Shown: piece after piece, positions 24,057-33,468 of the stretch
Position numbering within the stretch: the stretch's first letter is position 1
Layout of the letters: each line of letters opens with the position of its first letter
Source: an uncultured delta proteobacterium
GTDB taxonomy: Bacteria > Myxococcota > Kuafuiibacteriia > Kuafuiibacteriales > Kuafuiibacteriaceae
Direction: 5' to 3'
NCBI GenBank assembly: GCA_963803435.1
Contig: CAWDML010000003.1
Coordinates: forward strand, 224,001-288,000
DNA: 64,000 nt
Notes under the pieces: generated by a model
What the model saw: only the letters and a program-made list of their open reading frames with translations
Databases searched by the model: none
What the model was told of the DNA's origin: nothing
Position numbers and translations under genes: made by a program

Positions 24057-24100
24057 TTGACCGCACATCCATTTAGTTGCTAGTCGCAACCAAATGGATG
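24057..24100 (+). promoter_or_regulatory. Promoter with MarR-type operator palindrome overlapping the start codon
   Basis: TTGACC at 24057; inverted repeat CATCCATTTAGTTGC-N5-GCAACCAAATGGATG (14/15 match, 24066-24100). Confidence 0.7.
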
Positions 24101-25018
24101 ACCTCTTCCACGAAGTCTCTCCTCTGCGCCAGGCCTCCCGCGAGGCCGTCCGCGAGCTGGGGATTCTGGGCAAGCTCGGGGATCTCGAGATCTCGCCGGC
24201 CCAGTGCCACGCGATGATCGAGCTCGGTCACCACGGCGTGCTCACCGCCGGGGATCTGGCCGAGATCCTGCGCCTCGACAAGTCCACCATGAGTCGCGCG
24301 GTGGCTGCGCTCGAGAAGAGCGGCCTGATCGCGGTGGGCCGCGGCGCGAGCGACAAACGCAGGAAGCCGCTCTCTCTCACCGCGCGCGGCAAGAAGAAGC
24401 TGGAGAAGATCCACCAGCGCTCCAACCTTCAGGTGAACGAGGCGCTGGCGCTGCTCTCGGAGGAGGAGCGGCGGACGGTGGTGCAAGGCATGTCGATCTA
24501 CGCCAAGGCGTTGGCGCGCGTCCGCAGCCAGCGCGAGTTCCAGATCCGGCTCATCGAGCCTGGCGACGACCCGTACGTCGCCGGGATCATCCGCAAGGTC
24601 ATGCCGGAGTTCGGCGCCGACGGCCCCGGCTTCGCGATCCACGACGCGGAGGTCGACGCCATGTCGGCGGCCTACCGCGGGAAGAAGGCCGGCTACTTCG
24701 TCGTCACCCGGAACGGCGTCATCGTCGGGGGCGGCGGGTTCGCGCCGCTCTCGGGCGCGCCGGAGGATTCTGTGCGAGCTCCGCAAGATGTACTTTCTCC
24801 CCGAGGTGCGTGGTACCGGGATGGGCCGGAAGCTCCTCGAGCACGTCCTCGAGGCCGCGCGGAAGGCCGGCCACCGGGGGTGCTATCTCGAGACGCTGGG
24901 GAACATGACGCGCGCGGCGTCGCTCTACCGGGCGGCCGGGTTCGAGCCGCTCTCGGCGCCGCTCGGCGCCACCGGACACTTCGGCTGCGATCGTTGGATG
25001 CTGAAGTCGCTCGTGTGA
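24094..25018 (+). CDS. MarR-HTH/GNAT acetyltransferase fusion (frameshift at 24766-24770)
   Basis: LRLDKSTMSRAV..LE, DKRRK.LSLT MarR motifs; after repair, CELRKMYFLPEVRGTGMG and YLET GNAT motifs. Confidence 0.88.
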
Positions 25019-25049
25019 GGCTCAGCCGTCGATGGTCCCGCGCGAAGGG

Positions 25050-25301
25050 TCAGCGCGCGGCCTTCATGAGGCGCGCGACGGTGCGGCTCGCGGCGTTGGT
25101 CGGGAGCACGTTCTTGGCGGCGGCCTTGTAGATCTCGCGGATGGCCACCTTCACCAGGCTGTCCTTCTCTTGAGACTTCTCGTTGATCGCGTCCCGTGCG
25201 CGCTGCACGGCGGTGCGCATCCGCGAGCGGAGCGTGGCGTTTCGCGAACGCCGCTTCTGGTTCTGTCGGTTGCGCTTTTCGGCTGAAGGATGATTCGCCA
25301 C
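25050..25301 (-). CDS. rpsT: 30S ribosomal protein S20
   Basis: MANHPSAEKRNRQNQKRRSRNATLRSRMRT...NAASRTVARL. Confidence 0.96.
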   Translation of the reverse strand: MANHPSAEKRNRQNQKRRSRNATLRSRMRTAVQRARDAINEKSQEKDSLVKVAIREIYKAAAKNVLPTNAASRTVARLMKAAR

Positions 25302-25326
25302 TGATGTCTTCCTTTGGGAGCACCGG

Positions 25327-25356
25327 TGGGTATCCGTGGGCCGCCCGGGTTGTCAA
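25327..25356 (-). promoter_or_regulatory. sigma70 promoter for rpsT
   Basis: Minus-strand TTGACA-N18-TACCCA; perfect -35 but weak -10. Confidence 0.5.
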
Positions 25357-25464
25357 GGTCATCGGACCCTGCAGGGTCTGCAGCGCGGACGCTGTGAAAA
25401 AGGTGTGGTCAAAGCGGGGGTCCGTGTCGCCAAGTGCCCCAATCAAAAGCCCATTTCGGGGGTC

Positions 25465-25481
25465 TGCACAAAAAATGTGCA
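25465..25481. promoter_or_regulatory. Palindromic regulator site TGCAC-N7-GTGCA (NtrC-like geometry)
   Basis: TGCACAAAAAATGTGCA in the rpsT/mazG divergent intergenic region. Confidence 0.4.
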
Positions 25482-25551
25482 ACCGGATTCCCGTGCGAAT
25501 CTATAGGGTTGCCGATCTCAACCGCCGGTACTCGCAACTGCCTGTGAAACG

Positions 25552-26451
25552 TTGGATCCCGTGCGGATCTCATTGCGGCGGCCCGCCTCGCCTCCTATAC
25601 GCGCCGAAGTGCCGCGACCCGAGCCCAACACGGACGACACCTTTCTGACCGCTCCCGCCGAGGCGGACCGGGCGAGCTTCGCCCAGGCCTTCGAGCGCCT
25701 GGTCGGCCTGATGGCCCGTCTCCGGGGCGAGGGCGGCTGCCCGTGGGATCGGGCGCAGAACCTCGAGACGCTGCGACCCTACCTCATCGAGGAGGCGTAC
25801 GAGGTGCTGGAGGCGGTCGAGTCGGGCGACGTCGCGCACCACCGCGAGGAGCTCGGCGACCTCCTGCTCCAGGTGGTGTTTCACGCCGAGATCCGCAGGC
25901 AAGAGGGGGAGTTCGACGCCGCCGACGTCGCGCATGGCATCGCCGACAAGCTCGTCCGGCGGCACCCGCACGTGTTCGCCGCGGAGCGGGCCGACGATGC
26001 CACCGACGCGCTGGCGCGCTGGGAGGAGATCAAGAGCAAGGAGAAGGCGGGTCGATCGGTGATCGCCGGCGTGCCGCGGGAGCTGCCGGCGCTCCTGCGG
26101 GCCCAGCGCGTCCAGGAGAAGGCCGCCAACGTCGGCTTCGACTGGAGCGACCTCGACGGCCCCATCGCCAAGCTGGACGAGGAGCTCGGCGAGCTCCGCG
26201 CCGCCATCGCCGAGAAGGCGCGCGCCGGGATCGAGCACGAGCTCGGCGATCTGCTCTTCTCGCTGGTCAACGTCGCGCGGCATCTCGAGGTCACAGCCGA
26301 GGACGCGCTCCGCGCCAGCATCGAGCGCTTCAGCCGGCGCTTCGGCCACGTCGAGTCGAGGGCGAAGGACGCGGGCAGGGCGCTCAGCGAGACGTCGCTC
26401 GAGGAGATGGAGTCGTACTGGGAGGAGGCGAAGGCGGCCGAGCGCGGGTGA
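25552..26451 (+). CDS. mazG: Nucleoside triphosphate pyrophosphohydrolase
   Basis: GCPWDRAQ, EEAYEV, EELGDLLLQVVFH, RRHPHVF, ELGDLLF; start uncertain and may be downstream. Confidence 0.93.
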   Translation: MDPVRISLRRPASPPIRAEVPRPEPNTDDTFLTAPAEADRASFAQAFERLVGLMARLRGEGGCPWDRAQNLETLRPYLIEEAYEVLEAVESGDVAHHREELGDLLLQVVFHAEIRRQEGEFDAADVAHGIADKLVRRHPHVFAAERADDATDALARWEEIKSKEKAGRSVIAGVPRELPALLRAQRVQEKAANVGFDWSDLDGPIAKLDEELGELRAAIAEKARAGIEHELGDLLFSLVNVARHLEVTAEDALRASIERFSRRFGHVESRAKDAGRALSETSLEEMESYWEEAKAAERG

Positions 26452-26458
26452 ACGGCGG

Positions 26459-27292
26459 TCAAAGCTGGAGCTCGTAGACCTCAATCCAGTCCGCGTCGAA
26501 CGTGGCGTCGAACGAGCGAAAGCCGATGGCGCCCGAGAAGAAGGTGTTGGAGGTGCCGGTGACCTCGACGTCGCCCACCTTGCAGCGATAGCCGGCCGCG
26601 TCGGCGGTGAAGTCGACGGGCATCCAGGTGCCGGCGATCGCCGTGGTGGCGGCCTCGCCGAGCACCGAGCGGCTGGTGCCCTCGTACTCGGTCACCTGCA
26701 CCTTGCCCGACTTGATGTTGATGCCGCACGCGACGTAGCGGCTCGGGGTCACCTGGCTGACGCGGGCGAGGACCGCCACGTAGCCGCTGTCGACCTCGGA
26801 GCCGTTGCCCACGGCGTCGATCCGGATGAGCGAGCGAACGAAGATGTCGGACCAATTGGGGCGCGGTCCGATCCAGCCCTCGCGCTCGTAGGGCTCCAGG
26901 ACGAAGACGTGCAAGAGGCTCGCGCCGGGCGAGATCTCCATCGACACCGAGCTGAAGATCCAGCCGCTGGTGACGCTCTCGAACGTGTCGCTGAAGAGGG
27001 CCGGGTTCGAGTAGCCCGGGTTCGGATCCTCGTCGTCCGGGATGCCGTCGCCGTCCCCGTCCGCGATCGGGGCGGCATCCGGGAACACGGCGTCGGGGTG
27101 CTCGCCCGTGTCCTCGACGCCCGAGTCGGCGGGATCGAGGTCGGCGTCCGCCTCGGCCGCGTCATCGGCGCTGACGCCGCGGTCCTTGAACGCGGCGCCC
27201 GCATCGCCGGGATTCGTGACGGGCGGCGGTCCCGGGATGCACGCGGTCAGCGCGACCGCGAGGCACATCCACGTCGAGGGTGGGCGGATCAT
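26459..27292 (-). CDS. Lipoprotein with acidic linker and beta-sandwich C-terminal domain
   Basis: LAVALTAC lipobox; DA-rich linker; DGDGDGIPDDED Ca-binding-like motif. Confidence 0.7.
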   Translation of the reverse strand: MIRPPSTWMCLAVALTACIPGPPPVTNPGDAGAAFKDRGVSADDAAEADADLDPADSGVEDTGEHPDAVFPDAAPIADGDGDGIPDDEDPNPGYSNPALFSDTFESVTSGWIFSSVSMEISPGASLLHVFVLEPYEREGWIGPRPNWSDIFVRSLIRIDAVGNGSEVDSGYVAVLARVSQVTPSRYVACGINIKSGKVQVTEYEGTSRSVLGEAATTAIAGTWMPVDFTADAAGYRCKVGDVEVTGTSNTFFSGAIGFRSFDATFDADWIEVYELQL

Positions 27293-27424
27293 CGGCGCGG
27301 CAAGCGTGAAACCCCCGGCAGCGAGTGGAACATCGGGCAGGTGTCGGGCTCGAAAATTTTTGTCAGGAGAGGCTCGACAACGACCTCATTCGGTTTCACT
27401 CTCGCCGCCCAGTCCGGAGCACGA

Positions 27425-27847
27425 ATGAGCAACATCACCTTCCAGTGCGTCTCCTGTGGCGCCGATTTCGAAGTGGAAATGACTTCCATCATCGAGAAGT
27501 CGAAGACGATCAAGTGTCCGAACTGCGACGCAAAGCCGGCCGCTGGGCGCGTCCACAGCTTCGCCCTCGCCCTCGAGGAGCTGATCTCGTGCATGGCCGG
27601 GCTGAGGACCAAGGTGCGGTTCGAGCTCACCCTGGACACCGACGATCTGCCGCCCCCCTACGGCCCCGCCGAGGAGGAGGAGGGCAGCCTCACCAGCTTC
27701 GACGACGACCTGAACGCCGAGGAGGACTTCGAGGAGGACGAGGACGGCGAGGACTCGGACGACGACGAGGACGAGGACTACTACGACGACTTCGACGAGG
27801 ACGACGACGAGGCCGACGAGGAAGAGGAAGCCGACGACGGCTACTGA
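27425..27847 (+). CDS. Zn-ribbon protein with long D/E tail
   Basis: CVSC...CPNC; GGAG RBS; last ~55 residues almost all Asp/Glu. Confidence 0.75.
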   Translation: MSNITFQCVSCGADFEVEMTSIIEKSKTIKCPNCDAKPAAGRVHSFALALEELISCMAGLRTKVRFELTLDTDDLPPPYGPAEEEEGSLTSFDDDLNAEEDFEEDEDGEDSDDDEDEDYYDDFDEDDDEADEEEEADDGY

Positions 27848-27969
27848 GCCGCCCCGCGTGTCTCCGATCCCATCCGACTGACGGATGGTCCCCCCGCGCC
27901 CGTTCCCGCAGGAAGGCGGGGAAGATTCCGAGACCCTGAGCGTAAGAACAGGGCGGAGGACCACCCCGG

Positions 27970-28001
27970 GCAAGCGAAGCGCGCAGCGAGCGAAGCGAGC
28001 G
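27970..28001 (+). repeat. REP-like element GCAAGCGAAGCGCGCAGCGAGCGAAGCGAGCG
   Basis: The first 23 nt are the exact reverse complement of 41873-41895 inside ileS. Confidence 0.7.
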
Positions 28002-28048
28002 GACACGGTGCGAGGGCTTTGCCCGGGCGGGCCCCAGAGGGAACGAAG

Positions 28049-30304
28049 ATGATGCGACCGATTCAGCCAGGCCTGGTAGCCATTGCCCTCATGTTCACCG
28101 GCGCTGCGGCGAACGCGCAGAGCTACACGCGCGCCGCCTCGACGAAGACCTTCCAGAGCATCGCCGGGACCGGCACCGCGCTGTCGCTCACAGACAACGA
28201 CGAAGGGTACGGCACCCTCTCGGCGCCGTTCTCCTTCAACCTCTACGGGACGCCGTTCGCCGCCGGATCGACGCTCTACGTCAGCAGCAATGGAACGCTG
28301 CACCTCGACTCGCAGGTCTCGAACTACAACAACGTCGCCATCCCGCTCACGTCGGTGCCGAACCAGTTCTTGGCGCCGTTCTGGGACGATCTCGACTTCC
28401 TTTCGGGCGGAGTCTTCTACCAGACCACCGGGACGACGGGCAGCCGCGTGCTGGTGATCGAGTGGAACAACGCGGGCAACTACAACGCGACCTCGGACAC
28501 GTTCAGCTTCCAGCTCCGCATCTACGAAGGCACCAACGTGATCGAGTTCGACTACGGCCCTCGCAGCGTCGTCGGCGCATGGGACGGGACGATTGGGATC
28601 GAGGATGCGTCCGGATCTGTGGGCGCGAGCGAGATCTGCACGCCGAGCTGCACGCCCGCGGACGTGGCGAGCAACACCGCCATCACGCTGACCCCGGGTG
28701 GCGGCGGCGGACAGTCGGACTTCACGGTGAGCTACGTGTCGACGCCGCCCACCAGCGCGCAGGAGAACGGCTCCTTCTCGCTGGACGTCGAGGTCGACAA
28801 CAACGGGTCGGTCGCCTCGCCTGCCGGCGACGTGGGCCTGTTCATCGGATCGTCCCCCACCGTGACGGCCTCGGACTACAACCTCGGCTACGGCACCTTC
28901 TCGAGCATCGCCTCGGGGAGCTACTACTTCGGGACGCTCAGCATCTCCATTCCGTCGGGCTACGCCGGCACCTGGTACATGGCGGTGATCGCCGATCCTT
29001 ACAACTCGGTCGTCGAGAGCAGCGAGAGCAACAACACGTATCCCCTGGGGACCATCACGATCACGGGTGTCTCGAGCAGCATCACGGTCACCACGACGAC
29101 GCTCCCCGGCGGCAGCATCGGCACCAGCTACAGCGCGCAGCTCCAGCAGTCGGGGGCCAGCTCACCGTACTGGTCGATCATCAGCGGATCGCTCCCGCCC
29201 GGGCTCACGCTCTACTCGAGCGGTCTGATCTCGGGCTCGCCGAGCGGTAGCGGCCTCTACAGCTTCCGCGTGCAGGCGGAGCAGGTCGACTTCATCCCCG
29301 GCACCGCGGATCTCACCATCAACGTGGGCGGCGGCGGCGGCATCTCGATCACGACCACCTCGCTCCCGGCGGGCACGGTGGGCGTACCGTACCAGGGCTT
29401 GCTTCAGGCGACGGGCGGACTGCCGCCGTACGCGTTCCAGATCATCTCGGGGCGGCCCGAGTGGCTCACGCTCGACAGCTCGGGCAACCTCAGCGGCACG
29501 CCGGATCAGCAGGGCTCGCATCAGCTCACCATCTCGGTGTTCGACTCGAACTCCGCCGACGCCAGCGCCACGCTCTCGCTCGAGGTTCAAGAGCCGCAGA
29601 CGCTCTCGATCGCCGGCGAGATCCCGGCCGGCGTCACGAACCGCGCCTACGACCAGCGCGTGGTCGTCGGCGGCGTGCCTCCATACCAGACCAACGTGGT
29701 GAGCGGCACGTTGCCGCCCGGCCTCGCCATCGACGTGACCGGTCAGCTCGCGGGCCTCCCGGCCGAGGGAGGGGACTACACGTTCACGCTCGAGACGACC
29801 GATTCGAACCAGGGCTCGGCGCAAGGTACCTTGCACCTGACAATCACGGAGCTCACCAACCTCGAGGTCAAGGACAAGGAGGTGCTCATCTACGTGAACA
29901 GCGACGTCGACACCACGCTGATGGCCAAGGGGGGAGTGCCGCCTTACAGCTGGAGCGTGACCGCCGGCGAGCTGTTGCCCGGTCTGACGTTCGACGCTTC
30001 GGGCCACATCGGAGGGCGTGTCGACAAGGTCGGCAACAACACCGTGACGTTCACGGTCAGCGACAGCGAGGGCTCCGTCGCTGAGGGCGAGGTCGCGGTG
30101 CGTGCGACCGTGTACCGCGCACCCAGCTCCCGCGGCAGCGATCGGCGCCGGGGCGGATGTGCTTGCGTGGCTCCGCAGGCTCCGAATCGACGCACCGGAT
30201 GGCTCTGGTTCCTCCTCATCGGTGTCGGGATCCTCGCGAGACAAGCGGGCGCCCGTCGTGTAGACAGGCGCCGTGGCCCTCCACGATCAGCCACGCCGCA
30301 CTAA
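28049..30304 (+). CDS. Surface protein: nidogen-like N-domain, CARDB, putative-Ig (He_PIG) repeats, MYXO-CTERM-like anchor
   Basis: Signal peptide; ADPYNSVVESSESNN (CARDB); repeated GSLPPGL/GGVPPY; RRGGCAC + TM + Arg tail. Confidence 0.8.
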   Translation: MMRPIQPGLVAIALMFTGAAANAQSYTRAASTKTFQSIAGTGTALSLTDNDEGYGTLSAPFSFNLYGTPFAAGSTLYVSSNGTLHLDSQVSNYNNVAIPLTSVPNQFLAPFWDDLDFLSGGVFYQTTGTTGSRVLVIEWNNAGNYNATSDTFSFQLRIYEGTNVIEFDYGPRSVVGAWDGTIGIEDASGSVGASEICTPSCTPADVASNTAITLTPGGGGGQSDFTVSYVSTPPTSAQENGSFSLDVEVDNNGSVASPAGDVGLFIGSSPTVTASDYNLGYGTFSSIASGSYYFGTLSISIPSGYAGTWYMAVIADPYNSVVESSESNNTYPLGTITITGVSSSITVTTTTLPGGSIGTSYSAQLQQSGASSPYWSIISGSLPPGLTLYSSGLISGSPSGSGLYSFRVQAEQVDFIPGTADLTINVGGGGGISITTTSLPAGTVGVPYQGLLQATGGLPPYAFQIISGRPEWLTLDSSGNLSGTPDQQGSHQLTISVFDSNSADASATLSLEVQEPQTLSIAGEIPAGVTNRAYDQRVVVGGVPPYQTNVVSGTLPPGLAIDVTGQLAGLPAEGGDYTFTLETTDSNQGSAQGTLHLTITELTNLEVKDKEVLIYVNSDVDTTLMAKGGVPPYSWSVTAGELLPGLTFDASGHIGGRVDKVGNNTVTFTVSDSEGSVAEGEVAVRATVYRAPSSRGSDRRRGGCACVAPQAPNRRTGWLWFLLIGVGILARQAGARRVDRRRGPPRSATPH

Positions 30305-31712
30305 GATCGTCTGCACGATCGGCCCTTCCTCCTCATCGCCGGAGATCCTGGAGGACCTGATCCGCGCCGGCCTCGACGTGGCCAGGCTCAACTTCAGTCA
30401 CGGCTCCCACGAGGATCACCGCAAGATCTACGAGTGTGTCCGTGCCGCGGAGAAGCGCGTCGGCAAGCCGGTCGCGGTCCTGCAGGACCTCCAGGGGCCG
30501 AAGATCCGCCTGGGCAAGCTCGACGGCGAGGTGAGGCTCGAGGAGGGGCACGAGGTCATCATCCGCGCCGACTCGGACTTCGTCGGCAGCGCCGAGCTGC
30601 TGCCCGCCACCTACGATCGCCTGGCCAAGGACGTCCGCGTCGGCGAGCTGGTCCTGCTGGCCGACGGCCGGATCGTGCTCGAGATCCTGGAGGTCAACCA
30701 TCCGGACGTTCGCTGCTGCGTTCGCGTGGGCGGCGTCGTCACCTCCAACAAGGGGATCAACCTGCCAGGGACCCAGATCTCGGTCCCCTCGCTGACCGAG
30801 AAGGATCTGGTCGATCTCGAGTTCGGGCTCGAGCTGGGCGTCGACTACGTGGCGCTCTCCTTCGTGCGCACGCCTCACGACGTGCTGCTCCTCCACCAGC
30901 ACATGTCCCGCCTCGGCCGCGTGGTGCCATCGATCGCGAAGATCGAGAAGCCGCAGGCCGTCGAGCACCTCGAGGGGATCGTCGACGTCGCCGATGGGAT
31001 CATGGTGGCCCGCGGCGATCTGGGCGTGGAGCTGCCGCCGGAGCGTGTGCCCACGATCCAGCGGCGCGCGATCCGGATGGCGCGCCAGCGCGGCAAGCTG
31101 ACGGTGGTCGCGACCCAGATGCTCATGTCGATGACCGAGAACGCGCACCCGACTCACGCCGAGGTCTCGGACGTGGCGAACGCGGTCTTCGATGGGACGG
31201 ACGCGGTGATGCTGTCGGACGAGACCGCGGCCGGGAAGTATCCGGTCAAGGCGGTCGAGACGATGGCAGCGCTGGCGCACGCCGCCGAGGACGCACCCGA
31301 CGCGTTCGAGGCGCCCCAGTTCGTGGAGGCGATCCGTGCCTCGCACGCCTGGGCGATCTCCCACGCGGCCGTGGTGACGGCGCAGGAGATGACAGCCGAC
31401 GCCATCGTGTCGTTCACGCAGCGCGGTCTAGGGCCGCGGCTCGTCGCCAACTGGCGGCCGCGCTGCCGGATCCTCGGTTGCGCCACCACGGACGAGGACG
31501 TCCGGCGGATGGCCTTCTTCTGGGGCGTGCACCCGCTCAAGATCATGCCGCCGAGCAGCGTCGAGTCGCTGGTGGCCGCCGTGGAGAACGCGACGCTCGA
31601 TCAGGGCATCCTACCGGACGGCTCGACGATCGTGATCACCTCGAAGATGCCGTTCGCGGAGTCGCAGCCCACGAACATGTTGAAGCTGCACACGATCCGG
31701 CGCGCGCGCTGA
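30273..31712 (+). CDS. pyk: Pyruvate kinase
   Basis: RRTKIVCTIGP, RLNFSHG, DLQGPKIR, IMVARGDLGVE, ATQML. Confidence 0.98.
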   Translation: MALHDQPRRTKIVCTIGPSSSSPEILEDLIRAGLDVARLNFSHGSHEDHRKIYECVRAAEKRVGKPVAVLQDLQGPKIRLGKLDGEVRLEEGHEVIIRADSDFVGSAELLPATYDRLAKDVRVGELVLLADGRIVLEILEVNHPDVRCCVRVGGVVTSNKGINLPGTQISVPSLTEKDLVDLEFGLELGVDYVALSFVRTPHDVLLLHQHMSRLGRVVPSIAKIEKPQAVEHLEGIVDVADGIMVARGDLGVELPPERVPTIQRRAIRMARQRGKLTVVATQMLMSMTENAHPTHAEVSDVANAVFDGTDAVMLSDETAAGKYPVKAVETMAALAHAAEDAPDAFEAPQFVEAIRASHAWAISHAAVVTAQEMTADAIVSFTQRGLGPRLVANWRPRCRILGCATTDEDVRRMAFFWGVHPLKIMPPSSVESLVAAVENATLDQGILPDGSTIVITSKMPFAESQPTNMLKLHTIRRAR

Positions 31713-31713
31713 C

Positions 31714-32907
31714 TCACGTGAGCCGGAGGAGCGCGTCCCGCAGGCGGTCGAGGCCGCGCGCGATCGTGTCCATGTCGGCGGCGAAGGAGAGGCGGAGGTG
31801 GTTCCTGGCGCCGAACGGGCCGCCGGGGACGACCACCAGCGCGTGATCGTGGAGGAGGTGGGCGCTGATCGAGAAGGCGTCGTCGATCTCGCTGCCGTCG
31901 GGGAGGTGGCGGCCCACGTAGGCGCTCAGGTTGGGGAACACGTAGAACGCGCCCTTGGGATCGAAGCAGCTCACGTTCGGGATGGCGCGGAGTCGCCCGA
32001 CGATGAAGCGGCGGCGGGCGTCGAACGCCTCGACCATGCGTCCGACCGCGGATTGATCCTGGGTCAGCGCGGCGACGGCGCCCCACTGGGCCGGCGTGCA
32101 GGCGTTGGAGGTCGACTGCCCCTGGAGCTTGCTCATGGCCGAGATCAGCGGCTTCGGTCCGACGGCCCAGCCGATGCGGAGGCCGGTCATGGCGTAGGTC
32201 TTCGAGCAGCCGTCGACGATCAGCGTTCGAGGCGCGAGATCGGGGGCGACCTCGAGCAGCGTGGGGCACGCGGTCTCGTAAGCGAGGCGGGTGTAGATGT
32301 CGTCCGAGATGATGAAGACGTCGGGGTGCCGGCGCAGCACCTCGGCGAGGGCGGCGAGCTGCGCTGCGGAGTAGACCGCGCCGGTGGGGTTCGAGGGGCT
32401 GTTGAGCACCAGGACCCGCGTCCTCGGGGTGATGGCGGCTTCGAGCTGGTCGGGACGGGCGCAGAAGCCGTCTCGCTCCTCGGTCTGGACCGTGACGACC
32501 TCGCCGCCGGCGAGCCGCACGATGTCGGCGTACGACAGCCAGTACGGCGCGATGACGATGGCCTGGTCGCCCTCCTCGATCAGCGCCATCAGCGCGTTGA
32601 AGATCGCCTGCTTCGCGCCCGTGCTGACCACGACGTCCTGCTCGGAGAAGCGGAGCTCACCCTTGCTGCTCGAGGCGGCGATGGCCCGGCGAAGCTCGGG
32701 GATGCCGGGCACCGCGGTGTAGTGCGTGTCGCCGCGATCGAGCGACGCCTTCATGGCTTCGAGGACGTGCGGCGGAGGAAGGAAGTCCGGCTCGCCCGCG
32801 GTCAGGCTCACCACGTCCTTCCCCGCGGCCGCCATCTCCTTGGCCTTGGCGGCGAGGGTGAGCGTGGCGGACGGCGCGACGGCTGCGAGGCGCTGGGCAA
32901 GCTTCAT
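31714..32907 (-). CDS. PLP-dependent class I/II (aspartate-type) aminotransferase
   Basis: GEPDF, NSPSNPTG, SDDIY, SKTYAMTGLRIG, GAFYVF. Confidence 0.93.
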   Translation of the reverse strand: MKLAQRLAAVAPSATLTLAAKAKEMAAAGKDVVSLTAGEPDFLPPPHVLEAMKASLDRGDTHYTAVPGIPELRRAIAASSSKGELRFSEQDVVVSTGAKQAIFNALMALIEEGDQAIVIAPYWLSYADIVRLAGGEVVTVQTEERDGFCARPDQLEAAITPRTRVLVLNSPSNPTGAVYSAAQLAALAEVLRRHPDVFIISDDIYTRLAYETACPTLLEVAPDLAPRTLIVDGCSKTYAMTGLRIGWAVGPKPLISAMSKLQGQSTSNACTPAQWGAVAALTQDQSAVGRMVEAFDARRRFIVGRLRAIPNVSCFDPKGAFYVFPNLSAYVGRHLPDGSEIDDAFSISAHLLHDHALVVVPGGPFGARNHLRLSFAADMDTIARGLDRLRDALLRLT

Positions 32908-33458
32908 GTTCGGGTCCTTCCGTAGAACGAGAGCGCGGTGTCTCCGTAGCGGCGGTGATCGAACGCGACCAGGCCGTCCGGGGCAAGCGGCGAGGTGTCG
33001 CGTTCGGCGTGCTCGAGGACCAGCCGGCCCTCCTCGGACAGCAGGATCGGCGCGGCGCTCCGGACCGGCTCGAGGAGCGCCTCCGCCTCCGCCCAGGGTG
33101 GATCCGCGAAGATGAGGTCGAAGCGATCGCCCCGATCCTGGAGCACGGAGAGGGCGGTCGCGACGCTCTCGGCCCGGACCTCGACCCGGTCGGCGGCGCC
33201 CAGCGCCTCGATGTTCTCATGGAGGGCGTCCAGCGCGGCCCGCGCCTTCTCGACGAACACGGTGCGGGCAGCGCCACGCGAGATCGCCTCGAGCCCGATC
33301 GCGCCGCTCCCGGCGAACAGGTCGAGCACGGTGAAGCCGGCGACGTCGAAGAGGATCGAGAACAAGGCCTCGCGAACGCGATCCCCGGTGGGACGGGTCC
33401 GCGAGCCTCGGGGCGCCACCAGACGGCGCCCGCGGTGCAGTCCGGCGACGATGCGCAA
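32904..33458 (-). CDS. rsmD: 16S rRNA m2G966 methyltransferase
   Basis: (M)RIVAGLHRGRRL, TRPTGDRVREALF, LDLFAGSG, DPPW, YGDT; TTG start at 33458. Confidence 0.93.
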   Translation of the reverse strand: MRIVAGLHRGRRLVAPRGSRTRPTGDRVREALFSILFDVAGFTVLDLFAGSGAIGLEAISRGAARTVFVEKARAALDALHENIEALGAADRVEVRAESVATALSVLQDRGDRFDLIFADPPWAEAEALLEPVRSAAPILLSEEGRLVLEHAERDTSPLAPDGLVAFDHRRYGDTALSFYGRTRT

Positions 33459-33468
33459 CGCGGGAGGT

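Noticed and set aside
25390-25570. Degenerate DnaA-box-like 9-mers (TGTGAAAAA, TGTGGTCAA and others) suggesting oriC
   Set aside because: Most have 2-3 mismatches, there is no clear unwinding element and no dnaA/dnaN context
25552-26451. mazG as an anti-phage or toxin-antitoxin component
   Set aside because: Ordinary two-domain housekeeping MazG next to rpsT, with no mazEF or defence neighbours
27918-27946. Possible ECF promoter GGAAGA-N15-CGTAA upstream of the Ig-repeat surface protein
   Set aside because: Single weak instance with no second copy in the window to corroborate it
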